A stretch of 62,127 nt of DNA, the filler included, from Anaerolineae bacterium (lineage in GTDB: Bacteria > Chloroflexota > Anaerolineae > Epilineales > Epilineaceae): NCBI GenBank assembly GCA_029262755.1. It is 5 parts of 5 records of this genome, joined end to end, with 100 filler letters (N's around TTAATTAATTAA, not from the genome) between each part and the next. Parts side by side here need not be neighbours in the genome. Positions count along the whole stretch, not along the records: positions 41,238 to 55,261 come from JAJCYU010000160.1; 4 more parts are not named here. One strand, given 5' to 3'. Below the pieces are notes generated by a model. That model did no database searches and had not been told where the DNA came from. It worked only from the letters and a program-made list of their open reading frames with translations. Of this stretch, positions 41,238 to 49,546 are shown in pieces (position 1 is the stretch's first letter; every line of letters begins with the position of its first letter). Made by a program: the position numbers and the translations under genes.

Positions 41238-42080
41238 CAGATCCTCTTGAATCTGCGGTTCGTCGAAGAAGTCGCGGATGAAGCGCTGTGCGTCGCGGAT
41301 CAGATCCTCGCTGCCGGCAGGCTCCGGATCTTCAGCCGGGCCGTCGTTCTGGCCGGGGCCAGGAACGTTGCCGCCAGCCGGTGTCTTGGTTGGAGCAGGC
41401 TGGCCGGGATCGGGCGCGGACTGGGTAACCTTGGGCGTCGGCGGGACCTTCGGGTCGCTCGGATCCGTATTGCCCGGAGGGCCGGCGTCATTGCCGCCGG
41501 GACCGATTGCGTCGTTGGACTGCTCGCAGCCGGGTGGCTCCGCGTTCGGGTTGGGCCGTGCACCTGGGTCACCCGGAACGTTGGGCGGCGGATCCGGCTT
41601 CTCCGGCGGCGGGTCCTGGAATGGCACGATGGAGGCCAGGCCGGGGTTGAGGCGGAAGGCCAACGGCTTCACCGGCGGGGGGGGATCCGGCGGCGGGCTC
41701 CCGGGCGGCGGCACCTTGGGCGGATCGCCGCCACCGGGCGGATCGACGTTGCCCGGAGGGGGATCTTCCCCGGCGTCGTTATTGCCGCCCGGCGTACCAC
41801 GCGTCATCGAATTGGAGACGTCGACCAGGAAGACCAGATCGATGGGCAGGCGATAATCGGGGCAGTTCGGCTCGACGTTGAGCACGATCTTCGCTGTCTC
41901 ACCCAGCTCGAGCGAAGTAGGCTCAGCGTAGCGGTCCAGGAATGGAGAGCAGTTGCTGGTCGTCGGGTTTGGCCCGTTGCCATCCTGAGCGGCCGTATCG
42001 GACGCGGGAAGCAGGAGCAGGGCGAAACCGAAGACCAAGGGCGGGATGAGTCCCAATGACAGCGACCTTAGCCGACGCAT
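41238..42080 (-). CDS. Secreted VWA-domain protein with a Pro/Gly-rich insertion, 3'-truncated
   Basis: Signal peptide, PIDLVFLVDVSNSM (MIDAS DxSxS), GAGGAGG SD. Confidence 0.75.
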
Positions 42081-42429
42081 GGACGGTCCTCCTCGGATCA
42101 AGAACGAAGGTGCGATCGATGAGCGAAGCACCAGAACACGGGCATGATAATGCTGCCCGAACGGGTCATCAACACGACGGTCGCGAGCGACGACCGTCGT
42201 GTGATAGTCCAAAGCCCTATAACACCGGTACAAGGTAAAACGGACAGTACGGATTTCTCCCGCGGCTGCGCGGCGTACCGCAATACGCTCGTGCTACACT
42301 CTCGCGGCGTGTCGCCGTACCGTTCTTGCGGTGTTAAGAAGAACGGCTTCGGTTCGCGCCTTCATCAGACTCGGGCGCCCGACCATCATTTCGGGCCCCT
42401 GCTCGCAGCCCGTCGGGAGTCGTTTCCTC

Positions 42430-45400
42430 ATGCGCTCGATCCGCGTTTCCCCGCCCCTTCTTGGTTCCCATTCTCCCACTAGGTCATGCGTTGCGCTAAG
42501 CGATGCGGCAGCGCGACCGCGCCCACCCCGGACGGGGCTCGGTGCCGCACGATCCGCCACTTTGCTCGCCGCGGTCCTCGCTGCGTTCGTCGCGGGTGGC
42601 CCGGACACGGAGCCGGTGGTCGCATCCGTGGCGTCGCGCTCGCCCGATGCGTTGCATACATCGCCGGCATCGGTCGATGATGTGCAAGCGACACTTCGCG
42701 TTTGCAAGAGCGGCTGTGAGCATGCGAAGGTGCAGGACGCGATCGATGCCGCGGAAGCGGGCGACACGATTCTCGTCGGCAGCGGCATCTACCCGGAGAA
42801 CCTCGCCGCGTGGCGTTCCGTGCGCATCCGGGGCGTCGCCGCGGAGAACACCGTGTTCGACGGCGGCGGAGAAGGGCCCGTGCTCTACGTGCCCGACGGT
42901 GTCCAGGTAACCCTATCCGACGTCGCGATCACCAATGGCGTCGGGGAGACCGGGGGCGGCATCGTCAACCTCGGCGCGCTGACGTTGCGCGAAGTGCGCA
43001 TCGCGGGCAACCGCGCGGTGGGCCCCGACGTTGGCCAAGGTCCCACCGAAGGCTACGGCGGTGGCATCTACAACTACGAGGGTTCGATCACGATGCGTGA
43101 CAGCGTGGTCGAGGACAACGAAGCGACCTTCGGCGGCGGTATCTACTCGCTGGGCACCTCGGTGATCGAGGACAGTGAGGTGCGCGGCAACCGGGCCTCG
43201 AGTGGCGGCGCCGGCATCTTCAATTTCGATGGCACTCTGCTCGTGCACAACGCGCGCGTCGGCGACAACCGCGTTACGGGTCAAGGGCCGGGCGGCGGCA
43301 TCTACAACTTCAGCGTCGTGGCGGTCTCCTACAGCTTGCTCGACGGCAACCAGGCAAGCGACTTCGGTGGCGCGATCTACCAGCGCAAAGGCGGTACCTA
43401 CATCTCCGCCAGCACGCTCTCCGGCAACACCGCCGGCTTTGGCGGTGGCGGCTTGTACCTGCTGCGCGGTGAAGGGGTTGTGGCCAGCGCAACCGTGGTG
43501 CGCAACGGTGGCAGCTTCGGGGGCGGCTTCAACGTGCAGGAAGACGCCGAGTTGGAGCTGATCAACACGATCGTGGCCGACAGCCCGGGCAGCAACTGCT
43601 TCGGTGAGATCGACTCCTTCGGCTACAACCTGGATAGCGGCAACACGTGCGGCTTCGATGACGAAGACGATCAGTTCAATATCGACCCGGAGATCGAAGA
43701 CCTTGCCGACAACGGCGGTGTGACCTTCACCCATGCTCTCTCCGCCACGAGCCCCGCGGTCGACCGCGGCGACTTTGCCGGCTGCACGGACTTCAACGGC
43801 TATGACGTCGGCACCGATCAACGCGGGCGCAACCGCCACGTGGACGGAGACGGGGACTCAGAAGTGCGCTGCGATATCGGCGCGTTCGAATACGACCCCG
43901 CGGGAAGCGGGCCGCCGCCTCCGCCGGACCCCGTTGCGTGCACGGGCATCACCGCATGCAGCGGCGACTGCGATCACGCGACGATCGCGGCGGCCATCGC
44001 GGCGGCCGCGCCGGGCGCGACGGTGTGCGCGCGCGAGGGCGTGTTCGACGAGCGCGTGGTCATCGACAAGCCGATCACCTTGCAGGGAGCGGGGCCCGCG
44101 TTGAGCACGATCGACGCAGGCGGCAAAGGACCGGCGCTGGCGGTCACGGGCGATGTCGCGGTGACCGTTGCCCAGATCGCGCTCGTCAATGGCGCGGGCG
44201 TCATCAACGTCGAGGGCGACCTCACCCTGCGCGACTGCCGGGTCTCCGGCCATTCGGCGCCCGAAGATGGGAGTCCGGAAGGCCCGCAGGGAAGCGGTGT
44301 GGTCAACGGCGGCACCCTCTTGGTCGAGCGCTGCGCCGTGTACGACAACCTGAGCTTCGGATCGGGCGGGGGCATCGATACGCGCATAGGTCGGGCCACC
44401 GTGCGCGACAGCGTCTTTGAAGACAACACGGCCGCCAACCGCGGTGGTGGAATTGCCTCGGACAACGCGATGCTCACCGTTTCCGGCTCTACCTTCACCA
44501 ACAACGAATCCCAAACGGGTGGCGCGATCTCCGCGGTCGGCAACATGAGCTCCGAAGCGGACGCCTTTACGGGCAACTTCGCGCGCTTCGGCGGCGCGAT
44601 CTATGCCGAGGCGGGCGCCGAGGTCAGCCAAGGCGTATTTCAGCGCAATCAGGCCGATCTCGGCGGCGCGATCTACGCGGCCGGTACCTTGACGAGCTCC
44701 GGCTCGCGCTTGTTCGACAACATCGCGACGGGGGAGTTCGGATACGGCGGCGGCGTGTACACCAGTGAGGCGGAGGCCACGATCGGAGGCGGCTTCATCA
44801 ACGATAACTACGCCTGGAACGGCGGCGCCGTGTCCGCGCAAGGTGCCGTTAGCATCGAGGGCGTGACGCTCTCCGGCAACCGGGCCCGCTACGGCGGCGC
44901 GATCATCCAATTCGACGGACTGACGACAGTGCGCGGTGGAATCATCAACGCAAACGTGTCCGACTTCGCCGGTGGCGCGGGCTACCTGGCCAATGGCGAG
45001 CTGCGCCTCGTCGATGGCGTACAGGTGCGCGATAACACGAGCCTCGCCGACGCCGGCGCCATGCTCATCACCGCGGACACGACCCTGACGGTCGACGGTG
45101 CCGATCTGATCAACAACACGGCTGAGGTGGCCGGCGGCGTCCTCAACCGCGGCACGTTCCACGCGACACGGGCCCGAATCAACAACCATGGAGCCTCCGG
45201 CGGTCTGGCGGAGGAGACGGAAGATCCGGACGAGGAGCCGGTCGAGCGGCCCGGACGGGGTGGCGCGCTGCTCAACGACGAAGGCGGCAGCGCTCGCATT
45301 GTCTCGTCGCTGCTGGCGGGCAACGGCGCCGAGTTGGGTGGCGCTGTCTGGAACGCCGGCACCCTCGAGATGCTCAACAGCACCCTGAGCGCCAACGGGG

Positions 45401-45954
45401 CCGACGTCGGCGGCGGGGCGTTATACAACTTCGGTGGGCAAGCGACGCTGCGCAACATCACCGCGGCGTTCAACACGACGGATGCCGAGGCCGAAGGTGG
45501 TGGGGTCGTACGCAACACGGAGGGAGGCACGGTCCGGGTCGGCCATTCCGTGTTTGCCGAAAGCGAGGGCGTCGCCAACTGCGCCGGTCCCGTGACCTCG
45601 CTCGGCTACAACGTCGTCGACGGGGCAAGCTGCGCCTTCGGCGGCGCCGGTGATCAAATGGACACCGACCCGATGTTGGCCGAGCTCGCCGACATCGGGG
45701 GCCGCACGGAGGCCCACGACCTGCTGACCGACAGCCCGGTCATCGACGCGGGCGATCCCACCGGCTGTCGCGATCTCGCCGACGCGCCCTTGACCGTGGA
45801 TCAGCGCAACGTCACGCGGCCCGCGGACGGCGACGACGACGGCAGCTCGGTCTGTGACCCCGGCGCCATCGAGCACAGCGCCGCCGCGCCGCAGCCGACG
45901 CCGGGCCCGGGTGGCCCGGAAGGCGCGATTTTCCTCCCGTGGGGATCGCGCTAG
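42430..45954 (+). CDS. Secreted polymorphic beta-helix protein (GGAI repeats, choice-of-anchor-Q-like), two tandem modules
   Basis: Many GGGIYN/GGAIY repeats; two LADxGGxTxxHxL...SPxxDxG...DQR...CDxGA ends; AIFLPWGSR tail. Start uncertain. Confidence 0.85.
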   Translation: MRSIRVSPPLLGSHSPTRSCVALSDAAARPRPPRTGLGAARSATLLAAVLAAFVAGGPDTEPVVASVASRSPDALHTSPASVDDVQATLRVCKSGCEHAKVQDAIDAAEAGDTILVGSGIYPENLAAWRSVRIRGVAAENTVFDGGGEGPVLYVPDGVQVTLSDVAITNGVGETGGGIVNLGALTLREVRIAGNRAVGPDVGQGPTEGYGGGIYNYEGSITMRDSVVEDNEATFGGGIYSLGTSVIEDSEVRGNRASSGGAGIFNFDGTLLVHNARVGDNRVTGQGPGGGIYNFSVVAVSYSLLDGNQASDFGGAIYQRKGGTYISASTLSGNTAGFGGGGLYLLRGEGVVASATVVRNGGSFGGGFNVQEDAELELINTIVADSPGSNCFGEIDSFGYNLDSGNTCGFDDEDDQFNIDPEIEDLADNGGVTFTHALSATSPAVDRGDFAGCTDFNGYDVGTDQRGRNRHVDGDGDSEVRCDIGAFEYDPAGSGPPPPPDPVACTGITACSGDCDHATIAAAIAAAAPGATVCAREGVFDERVVIDKPITLQGAGPALSTIDAGGKGPALAVTGDVAVTVAQIALVNGAGVINVEGDLTLRDCRVSGHSAPEDGSPEGPQGSGVVNGGTLLVERCAVYDNLSFGSGGGIDTRIGRATVRDSVFEDNTAANRGGGIASDNAMLTVSGSTFTNNESQTGGAISAVGNMSSEADAFTGNFARFGGAIYAEAGAEVSQGVFQRNQADLGGAIYAAGTLTSSGSRLFDNIATGEFGYGGGVYTSEAEATIGGGFINDNYAWNGGAVSAQGAVSIEGVTLSGNRARYGGAIIQFDGLTTVRGGIINANVSDFAGGAGYLANGELRLVDGVQVRDNTSLADAGAMLITADTTLTVDGADLINNTAEVAGGVLNRGTFHATRARINNHGASGGLAEETEDPDEEPVERPGRGGALLNDEGGSARIVSSLLAGNGAELGGAVWNAGTLEMLNSTLSANGADVGGGALYNFGGQATLRNITAAFNTTDAEAEGGGVVRNTEGGTVRVGHSVFAESEGVANCAGPVTSLGYNVVDGASCAFGGAGDQMDTDPMLAELADIGGRTEAHDLLTDSPVIDAGDPTGCRDLADAPLTVDQRNVTRPADGDDDGSSVCDPGAIEHSAAAPQPTPGPGGPEGAIFLPWGSR

Positions 45955-45961
45955 GCATTCG

Positions 45962-45993
45962 GCAACGCCAACGCCAACGCCAACGCCAACGCC
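45962..45993 (+). repeat. GCCAAC hexamer microsatellite, about 5 copies
   Basis: Seen directly after the stop at 45954. Confidence 0.8.
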
Positions 45994-46013
45994 GCAACGC
46001 AGAAGAGTGAGAT

Positions 46014-46057
46014 AACGCGACGAGGATCACGGTGCCCACCGTGATCCTCGTCGCGTT
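46014..46057. terminator. Perfect 21-bp inverted repeat between convergent genes
   Basis: AACGCGACGAGGATCACGGTG-CC-CACCGTGATCCTCGTCGCGTT. Confidence 0.7.
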
Positions 46058-46136
46058 TCCGGCATGTGTCCGCGCCTCGTCGGCGCTCTGCCCACCCAGG
46101 CCCGCCCCCGCTCGCCTTCTCGCCCGAATGGCCCCG

Positions 46137-46643
46137 CTATCCGCCCAACACGCGCCAGGCGAAGAGCGCGATCATCGTCAGGCCGATCATGAGCTGGGCG
46201 ACGACCGAGAGCATCCAGCCCATCATCATGCCGCCACTCGCGCGCCATGCCTCCCTGAACTTGTCCGGTCCGCCGAGTCGATGCATCTCGGCCAGCATCA
46301 ATCCGCCCACGGCGCCGATCGCCGCGCCGGGCAGGCTGAACACCAACAGGCCGATGAAGGACGCCACGCCGCTTACGGCCATGCTGCGCCACGACGCTCC
46401 GCCGCGGCGCGCGCCCCACGTGGAGAGCATGACATCGGCTGCCGTCGCGGCCAGCGCAAGTGCGCCAAGCAGCCCAAGCATGCCGAAGCCGATCCGGCTG
46501 AACCCATCCGCCCAAGCCCAGAGCAGAGCGCCGAGCCAGATGAGGGCCGGTCCGGGCAAGACCGGCGCGACGATCCCAACAAGGCCAAGTAGTACGATCA
46601 GCCACGCGGCGGTTTGCGCCAGCGGAACGACTTCGGGTGACAT
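46137..46643 (-). CDS. DUF456 family membrane protein
   Basis: GIVAPVLPGPALIWLG and GARRGGASW motifs. Confidence 0.87.
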   Translation of the reverse strand: MSPEVVPLAQTAAWLIVLLGLVGIVAPVLPGPALIWLGALLWAWADGFSRIGFGMLGLLGALALAATAADVMLSTWGARRGGASWRSMAVSGVASFIGLLVFSLPGAAIGAVGGLMLAEMHRLGGPDKFREAWRASGGMMMGWMLSVVAQLMIGLTMIALFAWRVLGG

Positions 46644-47025
46644 TGATATTCCCTCGGATGAGTCGAGTAGGGCGGGCGATCGCGTTCGTCCCGCGCCGAG
46701 TCTGTGGGGCAGAAGAGCTGTCGAGCTCACAAAGATGGGGCGCAAAACTCGACGGGAAGGGAGTTCGGCCGTCGTGATCGCCCCCCTTCACCCCGCGATC
46801 GTAGCGACCTCGCTCATGCCCGTCGACCCGAGACCATGGCCCCATGTTGTAAGCCGGAGGCGAAGGGCACACCGCCGCTGCGCAACGCAACCCACGAAAC
46901 GGCGTGTAGCGATGCTTTCCTGCGGCGTGTAGCGCTATTACCGAAGGCCCGGCCGCAAGAATCCGTACGCGATTCGCGGCTATCGGGTGGCAGCGTGAAC
47001 CCCGGAGAGGAAGCTGCCTAGGCAC

Positions 47026-47054
47026 TTGTAATAGAACACATGTTCTACTATTCT
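47026..47054 (+). promoter_or_regulatory. Sigma70 promoter with a LexA (SOS) box filling the spacer
   Basis: TTGTAA-17 nt-TATTCT; the spacer contains TAGAAC-ACAT-GTTCTA (47032-47047). Confidence 0.8.
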
Positions 47055-47089
47055 GTTGCTCCCCCACCCGAGGAACAGGAGCGACGATC

Positions 47090-48478
47090 ATGGCGACCTA
47101 CGCACCGAGCTATCCCGTCTTCGAAGCAGCCCCGATCGGAGCTGCCGGCCGTGTGATTCGGATCCCGATTCTCGTTGGGGCGATGATCGCGGCCGCCGCC
47201 GCGGTCGCGTACGTTGCCCTTGCGGGTCAGCCGAGCACGGAGGTGGAGCCCGTTCGCCAAGCGCCCTCCTTCGTGGCCTATGCCGTGGGCAGCCTGCCCT
47301 ATGCCGCCCCACTGCTGGCCGCGCCCGATCCGGCAGCCGCGATGGCCGCCCAACTGCCTGCCGGCACCCGGGTGCGGGTGGGTGGCAAGGTGGCCGGAAG
47401 CGGTGCCGGCGCGGGCCTCTTGTGGGCCGCGGCGGACCTCGACGGGTTGACCGTCCACGGCTTCCTGTTGCCCGCCGCTCTCCGCCTCCGAGCCGGTGAG
47501 GCGCCGCCGCTCGATCTGCGCGGCGTCCCCCTCTCCGCCCTGCTTTCGCCGCCCGAAGGCGTGCGCACCGTTCCCCTCGCGGAAGCCCCGTCCGCGCCGT
47601 TTGCCGCGCCGCTCGCCGCAACGAGCGACGGTGGCGCAGGCGCGCCATCCGCAGCCAATATGCTCGCGCTGGACGCGACGAACCCATCGGCCGGCATGTC
47701 CGCGGGTGCGCCGGCCGCAGTTCCGGCCGCAGTGCCGGCTACAATGCCGGGCACGATGGGATCTGCCGCGGCCACCGTCGACATTCCCTGGCTGCCCAAG
47801 ACCATCGCGCCGTGGATCGGCCTGCTCGAGGCAGCAGGCGGGCGATTCGGTGTCGATCCCGAGCTGCTCGCCATCATCGTGCTGGTCGAGTCGGGCGGTG
47901 ATCCCGGCGCGCGGAGCGGTGCGGGTGCGATGGGCCTGATGCAGGTCATGCCCGGCACGGCCGGCGACATCGCCCGCTGGCGTGGCATCACCGGCTTCGG
48001 CGTTGCGGCATTGCACGAGCCTGCGGTGTCGATCGACTTTGGCGCTTGGTATCTGGCGCGCCAGCTGGCCACCTTCGGTCTTGCCGACGACCCCGATTGG
48101 CGCACATCCGTGGCGCGCGCCGCCGCGGCCTACAACGGTGGTCCGGGCAGCGTGTCCGGTTGGTTGCAAGGGCGATCGCTGCCCGCGGAAGCGGAGCGCT
48201 ATCGGATTTACGTGACCGGCATGTGGGACGAGCGCCACAACCCAACCTCGCCCGCGTATGAACGCTGGCTGCGTGCCGGCGGGCAACGGCTCGTGAACGC
48301 AGCCGAGCGCAGCCAGGCGGCGACTGCCTGGCCGATCGCCGCGAGCGACCCGGCCGTCGCGGCCGTCCCGCCCACGGTGGAAGGCGCGGGCCGCGAATCC
48401 GCGTCCGGCCTTACAACGGCCGGTGCCGCCGCGCTTGCCGCGGGCGCCGTAGCAATCACCAGTGCCGGCAGCGAGTAG
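47090..48478 (+). CDS. Membrane-anchored lytic transglycosylase (SLT domain)
   Basis: IVLVESGG, GAMGLMQVMPGTA and AAYNGGPG motifs; N-terminal TM; AGGAG SD. Confidence 0.9.
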   Translation: MATYAPSYPVFEAAPIGAAGRVIRIPILVGAMIAAAAAVAYVALAGQPSTEVEPVRQAPSFVAYAVGSLPYAAPLLAAPDPAAAMAAQLPAGTRVRVGGKVAGSGAGAGLLWAAADLDGLTVHGFLLPAALRLRAGEAPPLDLRGVPLSALLSPPEGVRTVPLAEAPSAPFAAPLAATSDGGAGAPSAANMLALDATNPSAGMSAGAPAAVPAAVPATMPGTMGSAAATVDIPWLPKTIAPWIGLLEAAGGRFGVDPELLAIIVLVESGGDPGARSGAGAMGLMQVMPGTAGDIARWRGITGFGVAALHEPAVSIDFGAWYLARQLATFGLADDPDWRTSVARAAAAYNGGPGSVSGWLQGRSLPAEAERYRIYVTGMWDERHNPTSPAYERWLRAGGQRLVNAAERSQAATAWPIAASDPAVAAVPPTVEGAGRESASGLTTAGAAALAAGAVAITSAGSE

Positions 48479-48612
48479 CGCATGACCGGCCCGGATTTCC
48501 ATTTGTTTGACTGCCGTCCTCCCTTCCGCGACCCTTGCGCGCACATTGCTAATGCGTGAACAGGGGCGGCTTGCCCCGAGAGCCCGGCGTTCCGGGCGAA
48601 CAGGAGGGTTTC

Positions 48613-49461
48613 GTGAGCGGGCTGGGAGGTCGGGTCGGCGTTTACATCGACGTCGCGAATATCACCATGAACGGCGGCCGCGGCATGCGCTACGACGTGC
48701 TACGCGAGTTCGCCAGCCGCGCGGGCGATCAGCCGGCACGGCTCAACGCCTACACATCGATCGACGAAGACAGGGAAGAAGAAGACGTCGACTACCGCAA
48801 GCGCATGGATGGCTTTCATTCCCGATTGCGCGATTTCGGCTACAAGGTCGTGTTGAAGCCGGTCCGCTGGTATACCGACGAAGAGGGCTTCGAGCATCCG
48901 AAAGCCAACGTCGATCTCGACATGGGCGTCGATGTGCTCTTGCAGTCGCGGCACCTGGACCGCGTCGTCTTGGTCACGGGCGACGGCGATTTCATTCGCG
49001 TCGTGCAAGCGCTGCAGAACCAGGGCACGCGGGTGGAGGTCATCGCATTCCAAAACGTGTCACGAGATCTACGCGAGGTCGCCGATTTCTTCTTCTCAGG
49101 CTATCTCGTGCCCGACTTGCTGCCGGTTTCGCACAACTGGGACGAGCGAACCTCGTGGGGGGATGTCGGTTCCCGCGTGCGCGGCATCTGCTACCGCTTC
49201 GCCGACGAGGGCGGCTACGGCTTCCTGCGCTACCTGCGCTCCGCCGAAATCGTCGCAGACAACCTCTGGATCACAGACACCCGCCACGAACGATCACCAT
49301 GGGCGTCCGCCTTCGTGCACCGCTCGCAACTGCCCGACGATCTCAACATCGAACACCTGCCAAGCCGTCGCATTTTCTTCGAGTTTGAGCTGGCGCCGCC
49401 ACGCGACGACAACTCGGACAGCCCCAGCGCCATCAAGGCTACGGTCGCCGGGCGGTTCTAA
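48613..49461 (+). CDS. NYN-domain (LabA/DUF88, PIN-like) protein with a C-terminal cold-shock/OB-like segment
   Basis: VYIDVAN, KANVDLDM and LVTGDGDF motifs; C-terminal GYGFL...AFVH; GGAGG SD before the GTG. Confidence 0.88.
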   Translation: MSGLGGRVGVYIDVANITMNGGRGMRYDVLREFASRAGDQPARLNAYTSIDEDREEEDVDYRKRMDGFHSRLRDFGYKVVLKPVRWYTDEEGFEHPKANVDLDMGVDVLLQSRHLDRVVLVTGDGDFIRVVQALQNQGTRVEVIAFQNVSRDLREVADFFFSGYLVPDLLPVSHNWDERTSWGDVGSRVRGICYRFADEGGYGFLRYLRSAEIVADNLWITDTRHERSPWASAFVHRSQLPDDLNIEHLPSRRIFFEFELAPPRDDNSDSPSAIKATVAGRF

Positions 49462-49473
49462 GGGTGAAGGGCA

Positions 49474-49546
49474 ACCTCGTGACCGCGATCTACCGGAACA
49501 GCCGAGCGGCGCCCTCGGAAGCTGCCTCTCTTTGCTAGATGAGTCC
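49474..49546 (-). repeat. Partial copy of the dispersed MITE-like repeat, starting right after the glyQS TAA
   Basis: Minus strand GAGGCAGCTTCCGAGGGCGCCGCTCGGCTGTTCCGGTAGATCGCGGTCACGAGGT aligns without gaps to 12969-13023. Confidence 0.7.

Noticed and set aside
47009..47019. GGAAGCTGCCT match to the core of the dispersed repeat
   Set aside because: Only 11 nt and the flanks do not align, so it is probably chance.
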